Positions 23,122 to 32,609 of a stretch of DNA of 41,420 nt are shown here, one piece after another. The position numbers were made by a program, and so were the translations under genes. The notes beneath the pieces are model-generated. The model saw only the letters and a program-made list of their open reading frames with translations. It was not told the origin of the DNA and made no database searches. This stretch comes from a virus. Lineage: Duplodnaviria; Caudoviricetes. Within the stretch, counting starts at the first letter, position 1; each line of letters begins with the position of its first letter. The stretch spans positions 1 to 41,420 of IMG/VR virus record IMGVR_UViG_3300025270_000024. The stretch is one strand, 5' to 3'.

Positions 23122-25326
23122 ATGGCCGACAAAGAGAAGAATCTCGCTGATTACACCGACGATTACGACCGTCTTCGCGCTCAGAAGGCCCGAAATGTCG
23201 GTTCTGTCGAATTACGGATTCTGACGAATCTGTCCTTTGCGTCTGGTGAGCATTGGGTCGGCACGCAGAATCGGGTGCTATTTACGCGGAAACGCGATCC
23301 AAACAAGCTGTATCTGGTGTTTAATCTCGCCGCACAGATGCTCTACAAGATGATGGGGCGTCTGAGCAGCATTGCGCCGGTCTTCAAGGCCAGAGCCGAC
23401 AAACAAGACCCGAAATCCATTGCGGCGTCCGATGTCGTGAACAAACTCGTTCGCGCTCTTGACGAAAAGCTGGATCAGCCTTCACGCACCTGGGAAATCC
23501 TCTGGTGGATGTCCATTGGCGGCGTGGCGTTTGAATATGTGCCGTGGGTCAAAGACGCCACGATGGAACCGATGCCGCAGTTCGATCCCGAAACCAATGA
23601 ACTGCAATGGACTGATGCACTGACGGGTCAGGTCGTGCCTGAGTCTGAACGGCAACTGATGTTGTCGCAGGGGCGCAATCCAGAGGAATTTCAGGTCATT
23701 GAGGATATGGTGCTGGCTGGAGATGTGGGTAGCGAGATATTAAGTCCGTTACAAGTGTTTATTGATGCTTCTGTGCGGTCGATTGACGATCTGGCTCCTG
23801 ATCAGGCGGTCTATATCGCCAAAATACGCACCTTGGGGTGGATTGAAGCCAATTACGATGTAAGTAAAGATTCTATTCAAAATATTAAAGATGCGACGGA
23901 TGTGCGGATTCTCAGCACCGATATTAAGCAATTCGGTGATCCGACCGGATCGGTGCATCTCCAAGACCTGATTCCACGGATTCAGGGGAGTCGTACGCAG
24001 AATGACCCCGATATGGCGGTGGTGGTTGAGCGATTCCAGCCTATTTCCGAGAAAAACCCCCGTGGGAAATACAGCGCCTTTATTCCCGGTGAACAGATCC
24101 TTCACGATGGGGATAACCCCTACGAATCCATCCCACTGGTCGATTTCCACTGGAGTCCGACCACAACAAGTTTCTGGAACAATGATTACGTCAGTGACCT
24201 CATTGCTCCGCAACGCTTCCTCAATAAGCGACTGTCGCAGCTTGGGGAACAGGCCAATGCGTCAATTTATGCCGACGAACTGCTTGGACCGACCTTAAAG
24301 CGGGACGATATTCCGTCTGATTACCCTGCTCCGATTGAAGGGGGATTAACAGATGGTGGCGTCAAAATGGTGCAACGGCGTGATCCTCCGCAATTACCAG
24401 CGTGGTTTATGCAATCAGTGGAACTGACACTGAAATTGATGCGAGAAATCGCTGGTGGCGTGGATTTATTCTCAGAGTCGAAGTTTCCTGGTCAAATGCG
24501 TGGTCCGATGGCGGTCCCCATGCTTCAGGAGATTATTGATACCCAATGGGGGAATCTCTATCAGCATTTGGGTCAGCGACTCGGCAAAGTCAAGGAAATG
24601 CGGATTAACCGTGTGAAACAGTATTATCCTCCGTTTCGGACGCTGCATTACACCGATAACAGCATGAAAGATGAAGTATTTATCTTTCAGACCTCAGATA
24701 TTCTGCGTTCTGGCACGGATTACTCTATTACCGTTGAGCGAGGGAGTCTGATTCCAGAGCTTCGAGCTTTACGGGAAGCCCGTATTCGTGAGCATTTACA
24801 GTCACCATTGAGTGTGCTGTATATCGACGAGCGTACAGGGCGTATTGACAAGGAAAAGATTGCGGCTGACCTGAGTATGGGCGATATTGGTCGAGAAGAT
24901 GAAGAATCTCGCTATCGGAAGCTCGCCATGCACCTTGTCGAGCGTCTGTGGCAGGGTGAACAGCTTCCAGAGCATATTCCCATGCCCTTCTGGAACCTGA
25001 AAGTCATTATGGATGAATTGGAGTCCGAAATGGCTACGACAGAATGGTTGTCAGCCAGTCCTCCGATTCAACAGGGATTTGTGCAATTCTGGAATAAATG
25101 TCGTCAATTCCTTGTCGATTCTGCGAAACAGCGACAGGAAGGGATGCAGGATCAGCAGATTCAGGGCGCGGTGGCACAGGCCGCACAACAAGCCGCAGCA
25201 AAAGCCGCAGCCGAAGCGATTGATATGGCAATGGATCAATTCAAAGCCAGTTCAGAGATTGCGCCTCAAGCCCCTCAAGCCTTAGCTCAGGCCATGTCAG
25301 AACAGAATCAGCAAGGACCGCAGTAA
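23122..25326 (+). CDS. Portal protein (P22-like, large)
   Basis: 734 aa after terL; 'F..GEHW', 'VFNL', 'SPLQVFID', 'DLI.PQ..LNK..S'; Q/A-rich C-terminal barrel. Confidence 0.8.
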   Translation: MADKEKNLADYTDDYDRLRAQKARNVGSVELRILTNLSFASGEHWVGTQNRVLFTRKRDPNKLYLVFNLAAQMLYKMMGRLSSIAPVFKARADKQDPKSIAASDVVNKLVRALDEKLDQPSRTWEILWWMSIGGVAFEYVPWVKDATMEPMPQFDPETNELQWTDALTGQVVPESERQLMLSQGRNPEEFQVIEDMVLAGDVGSEILSPLQVFIDASVRSIDDLAPDQAVYIAKIRTLGWIEANYDVSKDSIQNIKDATDVRILSTDIKQFGDPTGSVHLQDLIPRIQGSRTQNDPDMAVVVERFQPISEKNPRGKYSAFIPGEQILHDGDNPYESIPLVDFHWSPTTTSFWNNDYVSDLIAPQRFLNKRLSQLGEQANASIYADELLGPTLKRDDIPSDYPAPIEGGLTDGGVKMVQRRDPPQLPAWFMQSVELTLKLMREIAGGVDLFSESKFPGQMRGPMAVPMLQEIIDTQWGNLYQHLGQRLGKVKEMRINRVKQYYPPFRTLHYTDNSMKDEVFIFQTSDILRSGTDYSITVERGSLIPELRALREARIREHLQSPLSVLYIDERTGRIDKEKIAADLSMGDIGREDEESRYRKLAMHLVERLWQGEQLPEHIPMPFWNLKVIMDELESEMATTEWLSASPPIQQGFVQFWNKCRQFLVDSAKQRQEGMQDQQIQGAVAQAAQQAAAKAAAEAIDMAMDQFKASSEIAPQAPQALAQAMSEQNQQGPQ

Positions 25327-25466
25327 TGGCGGTGAATCGGAAGCGTCTTCAGGGCAATATGAAGATGATGATGAAGGAATATAAAGACAATCCCAAAAAA
25401 TTCAACGGTGGAAAAAAGCAAGCGATGGCGATTGCCTATTCCAAAACTCGTCGTCGTAAAACTTGA
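25326..25466 (+). CDS. Small basic protein (46 aa, not in ORF track)
   Basis: MAVNRK...MMKEYK...KQAMAIAYSK; TAATG coupling. Confidence 0.6.
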   Translation: MAVNRKRLQGNMKMMMKEYKDNPKKFNGGKKQAMAIAYSKTRRRKT

Positions 25467-25492
25467 CACTAGCAATTATTGATTCTTATACT
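25463..25492 (+). promoter_or_regulatory. Sigma70-type promoter for scaffold/capsid genes
   Basis: TTGACA-18-TATACT. Confidence 0.7.
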
Positions 25493-25610
25493 GCAAAAGA
25501 CTGCACGATTCGCCTAGAGCGAACAAGGCACGCGAACACGCGGTTTGGGACTCCCCGGCAGGGGAATAACCTATTCGGCACTCGCAGACCACTCGACTGA
25601 GGAGAGTTTG

Positions 25611-26429
25611 ATGGCAGAAGATGATGTCAATGTCGCACCGGAACAAACAGAGTCTAGTGCGGCACCAGAAAACACTGAAACAGGAGGCGATACCTCATCA
25701 TCCGGTTCCTGGCCCGCAGAGGCTCAAGCCGAATACACGAGGAAAACACAAGCTCTTGCCGACGAACGCAAACAGTGGGACTCTGAGCGTTCCCAACAAA
25801 CGCAGCAGCTACAGCAATATGCACAGCAGTTGCAGCAGCAGCAATATGCGAGACAGGCACAGCAACAATCGCAACAGTCACAGCAATCAAACAACACGAT
25901 GCTGGATCAGTTACGAACGATGCCGTATCTGGATGGGAACACCGCCGCCCAACTGATGGAGCGCATGGTCAATGAGGGAATTAACCCTCTGAATAATGCG
26001 CTCAAACAGCGTGATCAAGCACTGGCGGCGTTGTATAAGGATTACAAGTCCTTAAAAGACAGTGTTGGTGCTTCTCAAGGCAAGCAAGCGGAAAAAGACC
26101 TCGAACATCGGTTTACGAAAATCCGTGAGGAACAGGGACTCCCTGACAATGAGATAGTGAACGAACTGATGCGGGATGTGTATTACTCGCATGAGGGAGA
26201 TACACTGGATCAGGAATACCCCGATATGCTGCGAAAGCGGTGGGAGGGGATTCAAAAAGCGGTCAGGGACGGAGATCGGGCTGCGGCAAAAAAGGCGAAG
26301 GAATCACCGTTTCCCTCACAAGGGGGACAGATTTCTCCGACGAGCGGCAAGACTGGTGGCTACAAGACGCCTGAAGAACGGGCGAATGAATTGTGGCCGA
26401 TGATCAGTCCCGGTCAATCGGGTGAATAG
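25611..26429 (+). CDS. Capsid scaffolding protein
   Basis: GAGGAG RBS; acidic N-terminus; 'YTRKTQALA.ERK'; coiled coil; precedes capsid. Confidence 0.75.
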   Translation: MAEDDVNVAPEQTESSAAPENTETGGDTSSSGSWPAEAQAEYTRKTQALADERKQWDSERSQQTQQLQQYAQQLQQQQYARQAQQQSQQSQQSNNTMLDQLRTMPYLDGNTAAQLMERMVNEGINPLNNALKQRDQALAALYKDYKSLKDSVGASQGKQAEKDLEHRFTKIREEQGLPDNEIVNELMRDVYYSHEGDTLDQEYPDMLRKRWEGIQKAVRDGDRAAAKKAKESPFPSQGGQISPTSGKTGGYKTPEERANELWPMISPGQSGE

Positions 26430-26458
26430 ATATCGACCTCAGAAGGAGTTGATTACTC

Positions 26459-27748
26459 ATGGCGAGTACAACTGATGTCGTTGAAGCCTTGAAATACACC
26501 TATGGTGTGGATCAAGTCTCGTACTTGGTCAACCAGGAGGTTGTCTGCTGGAATATGTTCCAGAAGGCGAAAAAACCTGTTGGTGGTCGAGGGCAATTCT
26601 TGATGCCCATTATGGTGAAAAACCCCGGTTCGTGGACAGGTCTTGCGGAAGGTGGTTCGTTGCCGTCTAACCTCAATCCCGATACGACCGAGGCATCCTT
26701 CAGTCTGGAAGAATTTGCCGGACTGTACAACATGTCGTGGAAACTCCTCCAAGACGCACGGAACTCAAAGTTTGCGTTTCAGACGGCGTTGAAAATGATG
26801 GAGGCGGGTTTCCGTCGTCGTGTCCTCAAGCTCCTCAATGCCGACCTCTTGTCTGATGGTCTTGGCAAACTGGCCGTGATGCCAGCCGCCGATAACCAGA
26901 CGACGATTACCGTCGATGCTCTACCGAGTCTCGATGTCGGCATGGTCGTTGACTTGATGGATGCGTCGGACAACAACGCGAAGTTAGCTGACTCTGCAAC
27001 GGTCACAGCGATAGATGCGCCAAATCGTACTGTTACGATTAGCGGTTCTGCGCCAAGTGGCACCGCCGCAGGTGACTACTTCGTCATTCAAGACACGGTG
27101 TCGTCAAGCACCTCATACCATACCAATGGTTTGTTGGGCATTATTGACAACGATGATCCGCCAACACCGAAGGGTGACTTTGGTGGGATCGACCGTGGTA
27201 CCGCAGGGAACGAATTTTGGGAATCTGTGGTCTTGGCTAATGGTGGCACTAACCGCGCACTGACAGAAGACCTGCTGATGCAGCTAGAAGATTCTGTCCG
27301 TGAAAAAGGTGGGGCCAAGTTGAACTCCTACATCTCCAACCTGCCGATTATTCGCCGGTATCACGAACTTCTCCGCGAAGATGCGTTCTTTGCGATGAGT
27401 TCACCGAAGGCGTTTGATGGTGGGTCTGGTGTGGGGCGTGATGGTGGGGCGCAGCAAAAAGGTAAAGATGGTGGCGATGGCCGCACGATTTACCGTTTTA
27501 GCGGCAATCCGTGGCACGCAGAGCCGTATTTTGCGGCGAATACGATTATCGGTCTGGATACCAAGCATTTCTTCATCGGTCACGGTGAAAATGCGGTGCC
27601 TCGTCCGGTATCGGAAATCTTCGATGGAACACCGTTCTTCCGTCAGACTTCCAACTCCACTTTTGAGGTGGCGTGGTACTGGCAGGGTGAGTTGCTGAGT
27701 GATAATCCAGCGGCAGGTGCGAAGATTGAAGACGTAGCAGAGTCGTAA
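26459..27748 (+). CDS. Major capsid protein
   Basis: 429 aa after scaffold; 'AEGG.LP', 'DG.G.LA', 'GIDR....FW'. Confidence 0.8.
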   Translation: MASTTDVVEALKYTYGVDQVSYLVNQEVVCWNMFQKAKKPVGGRGQFLMPIMVKNPGSWTGLAEGGSLPSNLNPDTTEASFSLEEFAGLYNMSWKLLQDARNSKFAFQTALKMMEAGFRRRVLKLLNADLLSDGLGKLAVMPAADNQTTITVDALPSLDVGMVVDLMDASDNNAKLADSATVTAIDAPNRTVTISGSAPSGTAAGDYFVIQDTVSSSTSYHTNGLLGIIDNDDPPTPKGDFGGIDRGTAGNEFWESVVLANGGTNRALTEDLLMQLEDSVREKGGAKLNSYISNLPIIRRYHELLREDAFFAMSSPKAFDGGSGVGRDGGAQQKGKDGGDGRTIYRFSGNPWHAEPYFAANTIIGLDTKHFFIGHGENAVPRPVSEIFDGTPFFRQTSNSTFEVAWYWQGELLSDNPAAGAKIEDVAES

Positions 27749-27828
27749 ACTGAGTAGGTGCGGGGGGATGGAGTCTTACTGGAGAGTCAACTCTGTCCCC
27801 CTGTTACTTCGCCAGAAAGTAGGTAACT

Positions 27829-28230
27829 ATGGGTATTAAAGCAATCGCTCGACTTGCGCCGGTTCATGTGGTCTATACCATTTCAGCAGGAGAAGCTGCT
27901 GATACGGGGATCTTTGTCGCAGACCAGGATTACGAAATCATGGATGTGCGCGAGGTTCACAGCACGGCTGGAGCCAGTAGCACGACGTTAGATGTTGGTG
28001 TGGCTGCATCGGGGACGGCCCCGGCGAGTCTGACCACCGCAATAAGTTCAGCATTGGCGTTGGATAGTACGGCAAATACGCCAGTGCAATCGACCCTGAC
28101 ATCGACGCTTGCTAATCGTAAGCTCGATAAAGGGGAGCAACTGTCGTTGAATTACACCGGAACGGTGACAGCCTACGAAGGATCTGTGCATGTGGTGTTG
28201 AAGCCGGTCCGTACGAATACAACGTATTAA
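27829..28230 (+). CDS. Putative capsid decoration protein
   Basis: T/A/S-rich beta-type protein directly after the capsid gene. Confidence 0.5.
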   Translation: MGIKAIARLAPVHVVYTISAGEAADTGIFVADQDYEIMDVREVHSTAGASSTTLDVGVAASGTAPASLTTAISSALALDSTANTPVQSTLTSTLANRKLDKGEQLSLNYTGTVTAYEGSVHVVLKPVRTNTTY

Positions 28231-28238
28231 GGAGGCGT

Positions 28239-28883
28239 ATGGAGGTCTTTGATCCTGTTCGGTACTCGCTAGAGGAAAACAAGTTTTTCCTGTCACATTT
28301 AGGTGAATCTCCTGTTTCGGCTCTTCAGGAAACACTCCCAAATGGGGTGAATCCAGTTGCGGTGCAAGAAGTTCTCGGCCAGTTATATGAACTGGAAGAA
28401 CTGAACAAGCATCGTGGGATTGCATGGGCAGGAAAAGAGGCGATTTCTGACACCATTGGCAAGTATTTACATGAGCATGAGCGGTGGAGTGAAATGTCCA
28501 CTCGTGGTGCGCCCCGGTTTCCAACGATGCACGCCTGGGATGGTCGTGGTCGTCCACATCGGGGTGGCATCACTTCTGATGCTGGTTCAGTCAGTACGTA
28601 TTTTGATGAAAATGGTGAGCGAGTCTCGTTTCGGGTTTCCTTGAGAGATGCGGCGTCTGAAGTATTTCAGGCACCGTGGGCAAAAAAGGCAGAACCCGTA
28701 CCGGATGCGTTGATTGAAGATACTGAGAATGGCTCATTAAAGTGTCCCGTCGATGGATGGGTGGCAAACTTTAAGCCAGAATCTCGCCAGTCCTACAACA
28801 TGGCCCGTGCGCGTATGTCGAAACACTGTAAAACGAGCAAGGATGATCGTGTTCGTGAGTTCGGTATGAAGGTTTTCGGATGA
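28239..28883 (+). CDS. Hypothetical protein (C-terminal C..H Zn-like motif)
   Basis: AAGGAGG RBS. Confidence 0.6.
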   Translation: MEVFDPVRYSLEENKFFLSHLGESPVSALQETLPNGVNPVAVQEVLGQLYELEELNKHRGIAWAGKEAISDTIGKYLHEHERWSEMSTRGAPRFPTMHAWDGRGRPHRGGITSDAGSVSTYFDENGERVSFRVSLRDAASEVFQAPWAKKAEPVPDALIEDTENGSLKCPVDGWVANFKPESRQSYNMARARMSKHCKTSKDDRVREFGMKVFG

Positions 28884-29365
28884 TAGACACCCCACCGATT
28901 GAGGAAAGTCCTCAGTTTTGGCATCCTAATCGGTTTGGGGTTCAGTTTGCACCGGAGTCCTTTCGACAGCAGCTTCGGGGTATACATCACGATTTGGAGG
29001 CCACATGGCATCCTCTTCGTGAGCGTTGGTTGGTCTGGTACAAGCGTCCTCGTATACAACACCATCGGTCTAAAGGATGGCTGTTGTTGTTTGTGGTGGA
29101 AGACTCTAGTGGTCAATATGTCCCACTGGACACCCGCGCACTTGCCGCCTGTTATGAACAGAGCGGTTTTAAGTGGGGGTCTGGTAAGAAATATTGGGCT
29201 AGGGTTGAAGAAGAGTCACAGCGAGAGCAAATGGAACGCGATGCTGACCGAGAGCAAGAGCTTTCGGACGTAGGGTCTGATCGATGGGATCATACGAAAA
29301 TACAGGTCAGTATGCGTGGTCATTCCTCTGGCAGTAAATTTGTGAATCACCATGCGGGGGATTAA
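28880..29365 (+). CDS. Hypothetical protein
   Basis: ATGA coupling. Confidence 0.6.
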   Translation: MIDTPPIEESPQFWHPNRFGVQFAPESFRQQLRGIHHDLEATWHPLRERWLVWYKRPRIQHHRSKGWLLLFVVEDSSGQYVPLDTRALAACYEQSGFKWGSGKKYWARVEEESQREQMERDADREQELSDVGSDRWDHTKIQVSMRGHSSGSKFVNHHAGD

Positions 29366-29370
29366 GTCTT

Positions 29371-30048
29371 ATGGCTACAGGCCAATCGCTGTTGGACACG
29401 ATGGAAGTGATGGATCGTGGTCTTCAGCTTCAGTCAGGTGAAACGGGTGTCACGCTCGGTCTTCGTGCCTTAAATTCAGCCCAAGACCACTTTGAGTCCA
29501 TGATGGCATTACAGACGAATGTCATGGCTTCGAGTATCGGCACTCTCACGACATCGGCCAGCACGGAATCGACAGCTTTTCCTACAGGATTGATCCGCCT
29601 GGATCGCTTGCAGTTTATTGATCCGACGACAAGTCGTCCTTCGTGGGACTTAGAGCGTGTGGGATATACCGGAGATCACTACACTTCGCGTACGTTCTAT
29701 CCGTCAGTGCAATTCAATGCCACGACGACGGGTCGTCCTGTGCGATACTGGACAAATGGAAGTCACATCTATTGGGATCCGCTTCCTGATGCGACACATA
29801 CAGTGCGGTATTACGGGATGAAGGCCGCTGATGATATTACGGCAAGTGGGACATTTTCGTATCCAGATATTGTGATGCTGCCGATTGCCCAGTTTGCTGT
29901 TCGGATGCTGCGTGTTGGAAAAGATGACGAGGCGGGTCCGGTGATTGACTTAGGGAATCAGATTTTTGGTCCGGTGATACAAACACTGGCACGGTTTAAT
30001 CGGGATCGTGCGCCTGGTTACGATTATCGGTATACACATACAGAATAG
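29371..30048 (+). CDS. Head-tail adaptor / tail tubular protein A-like
   Basis: 'ALNSAQ', 'GRPVRY....IYWDPLPD....VRYY'. Confidence 0.65.
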   Translation: MATGQSLLDTMEVMDRGLQLQSGETGVTLGLRALNSAQDHFESMMALQTNVMASSIGTLTTSASTESTAFPTGLIRLDRLQFIDPTTSRPSWDLERVGYTGDHYTSRTFYPSVQFNATTTGRPVRYWTNGSHIYWDPLPDATHTVRYYGMKAADDITASGTFSYPDIVMLPIAQFAVRMLRVGKDDEAGPVIDLGNQIFGPVIQTLARFNRDRAPGYDYRYTHTE

Positions 30049-30057
30049 GAGTGCCTG

Positions 30058-30411
30058 ATGGCGTTCATTCAGGAAGATTTTCAGGATATCAGAGATACAC
30101 AACTCATTAAACGCGCCAAGATTGACGCGGCGAGTAGTGGTGACAATACCCTTGTTGCGGCAGTCACGGGAAAGAAGATTCGTGTCTTGGCCGCATTCTT
30201 CACCATGACTGGTACAGCCGTCACTATTCGATTTGAGGATGGTGCTGGCGGGACCGCTCTCACCGGACAGATGGGACCGACTGCGGGACAGACGATTGTC
30301 CTGCCGTTTAATCCGGTCGGCTGGTTTGAAACGTCTGATGCCACGCTACTGAATATGGAACTTGGTGGGTCACAGTCGGTTGATGGCGCGTTAGTCTATA
30401 TCGAGGCGTAA
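30058..30411 (+). CDS. Small virion beta-sandwich protein
   Basis: AGGAG RBS; 'LVAAVTGKKIRV'. Confidence 0.55.
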   Translation: MAFIQEDFQDIRDTQLIKRAKIDAASSGDNTLVAAVTGKKIRVLAAFFTMTGTAVTIRFEDGAGGTALTGQMGPTAGQTIVLPFNPVGWFETSDATLLNMELGGSQSVDGALVYIEA

Positions 30412-32256
30412 ATGGCTGATATTCAAGTCACGAATACCGATGCTGATCTTTCCGACAATACCTTACTGACGGAAGAGAACGCGTACACGATTACCGGATT
30501 ACATACCTTTAGTCGCAGCACCAATGCGCCGTTTGCGGTGAACTCTGGTGCAGCAGTGGTGGCGAATCTGGATGCCGATAAGCTCGATGGGATCGAGGCC
30601 ACAGGGTTTGTGAAGGCGAATGGCACCGTGGCTCTGACGGCGAATTGGGATGCTGGAGCGTATGAAATCCGCGCCCAAACCCTAGAGGCTGATGTCTCCA
30701 CAGGTACAGCTCCTCTGACGATTGCGTCTACGACCAAAGTTGACAACCTCAACGCTGACAAACTCGATGATCAGGAAGGCACTTATTACCTTGATCCGGG
30801 GAATCTGAGTAGTGCGGTTGCCGTCAATAAAGGGGGAACGGGTGCAACATCCCTCACAGATGGCGGTGTGCTACTCGGAAGCGGGACTAGCGCAATCACC
30901 GCGATGGCTGTGCTTACTGACGGACAAATGATTGTCGGTGACGGATCTGGTGATCCTGTTGCTGAAAGTGGCGCAACCCTCAGAACCAGTGTTGGTGTCG
31001 GGACAGGGGACAGTCCTCAGTTCACAGGTATTGAACTCGGCCATGCGACTGATACGACACTCACTAAAGCAAGTTCTGGCGATGTCAACATCGAGGGCAA
31101 CATTATTTACCGTGCTGGAGGCACCGATGTTCCTGTCGCTGACGGAGGCACAGGTGTTGGCACCCTCACCGATGGGGGTGTGTTGTTAGGGAGCGGCACC
31201 GGAGCTATTACTCCGATGGCGGTCCTAGCTGACAGTGAGATGATTGTTGGCGATGGGTCGGGAGATCCTGTAGCCGAGAGCGGAGCCACATTACGCACCA
31301 GTATCGGCGTCGGTACCGGAGACAGTCCAACCTTTACAGCCGTCACAGTTGGTCAAGCTGACATTACGGCTGAAGGTGACTTGCGCTTACAGGATGCGTC
31401 CGGTGGACAATATGTAGGACTTGATGCTCCTGCCACCGTATCTTCCTCCTATACCTTAACGCTGCCAGCAGCGATTGGTTCCGTGAACCAGTTCCTGTCT
31501 ATCAACAATACCGATGGCACCCTCCAATGGGCATCTGCCTCGGCAGCAACGACCGCTGCGGGATCAGACACCCAAGTCCAATACAACGATGGCGGGACGA
31601 ACTTTGGGGGTGATGCAGGACTGGTCTACAACGACAGCACGGATCTCTTAACGTCAGGCAAGCTCGCCACAACAGATACATCTGCAACCAGCATTGATGT
31701 GGCTGGCGGGATTACGGCTGGTACCGGCAACGTCGCTATTGTGAATGCGGCAGGGAAAATCCCTGAACTCTCATCAACGTACTTGGCAGATTTAAGCGGA
31801 GCCAACCTCACCGGAGTTAGTGCTGGAAAGGTTCTCCAAGTACAGAGCTTCAACTACACCGCGCAGGTCGGATCGACCTCATCGACGTTCGCCACAACAA
31901 ATGTCCTCGACAAAATTACGTTGGCAGACTCAAATAACAAGGTTCTGGTGATCGTGACTATCGGTGGTGTTGGCAAGTCTGGAGCCACTGGCGTTAATAT
32001 CCGCGTTCGACGAGCGATCTCAGGTGGCGCAACCAGTACGATGAGCGGTGGAAACATCGAACACAACATGGCATATACCGCGTCATCGGCAACAAACTAT
32101 GCCGGTGCCTCTTCGTTTACGTATTTTGATAACCCGACAACGACATCGGAGTTGACGTACACGGTTGAATTTGCGAATGCTGCCAATGCGTCCAACACCT
32201 ACGTCATGCTTAGTAATGGTCGGGGATCAATCACGCTGTTGGAGATAGAAGTATGA
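30412..32256 (+). CDS. Tail fibre protein with internal repeats
   Basis: 'NL.ADKLD' x2, 'GGTG' repeats, G/T/S-rich; C-terminal 'GKVLQV...SITLLEI'. Confidence 0.8.
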   Translation: MADIQVTNTDADLSDNTLLTEENAYTITGLHTFSRSTNAPFAVNSGAAVVANLDADKLDGIEATGFVKANGTVALTANWDAGAYEIRAQTLEADVSTGTAPLTIASTTKVDNLNADKLDDQEGTYYLDPGNLSSAVAVNKGGTGATSLTDGGVLLGSGTSAITAMAVLTDGQMIVGDGSGDPVAESGATLRTSVGVGTGDSPQFTGIELGHATDTTLTKASSGDVNIEGNIIYRAGGTDVPVADGGTGVGTLTDGGVLLGSGTGAITPMAVLADSEMIVGDGSGDPVAESGATLRTSIGVGTGDSPTFTAVTVGQADITAEGDLRLQDASGGQYVGLDAPATVSSSYTLTLPAAIGSVNQFLSINNTDGTLQWASASAATTAAGSDTQVQYNDGGTNFGGDAGLVYNDSTDLLTSGKLATTDTSATSIDVAGGITAGTGNVAIVNAAGKIPELSSTYLADLSGANLTGVSAGKVLQVQSFNYTAQVGSTSSTFATTNVLDKITLADSNNKVLVIVTIGGVGKSGATGVNIRVRRAISGGATSTMSGGNIEHNMAYTASSATNYAGASSFTYFDNPTTTSELTYTVEFANAANASNTYVMLSNGRGSITLLEIEV

Positions 32257-32609
32257 TTCACTTAAATGAATTGTTCCATAACACGTTGAATGTGATTGTC
32301 TGGAAAGTTCCCGGTGCGAAGTGTGTCGTTGACGGGCCGGGGATGGATGGGGTGTTACGAGAAGGGTCATGGGAAGGGCCGGGAGATCCCCCATCAACAG
32401 AAACGATTGAAGGATGGATACAGGAATTCATTGACGAGGAAATCAGTATCGACCTCGACGCTGAGAATCGAGTGACTGAGGAATCCTTAGCTGCAAGCTA
32501 CGCCGTGTTTGAAGTCACGACTGGTTCACCTCCGACTGACGCTGAAAAACAGAGCCTCCATGACTCGATGGTCGAGAACATGAAACAGAGTCTCCATGAA
32601 GAAGCCTGA
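32253..32609 (+). CDS. Putative tail fibre chaperone/assembly protein
   Basis: Follows the fibre; 'W......P' pattern. Confidence 0.4.
   Translation: MIHLNELFHNTLNVIVWKVPGAKCVVDGPGMDGVLREGSWEGPGDPPSTETIEGWIQEFIDEEISIDLDAENRVTEESLAASYAVFEVTTGSPPTDAEKQSLHDSMVENMKQSLHEEA

Noticed and set aside
25790-25895. CAG-rich tandem repeat
   Set aside because: Simply encodes the poly-Gln coiled coil of the scaffold protein.
30832-31338. DGR template/variable repeat pair
   Set aside because: Both copies are in-frame in one gene, differences are mostly synonymous and not adenine-specific, and there is no reverse transcriptase.
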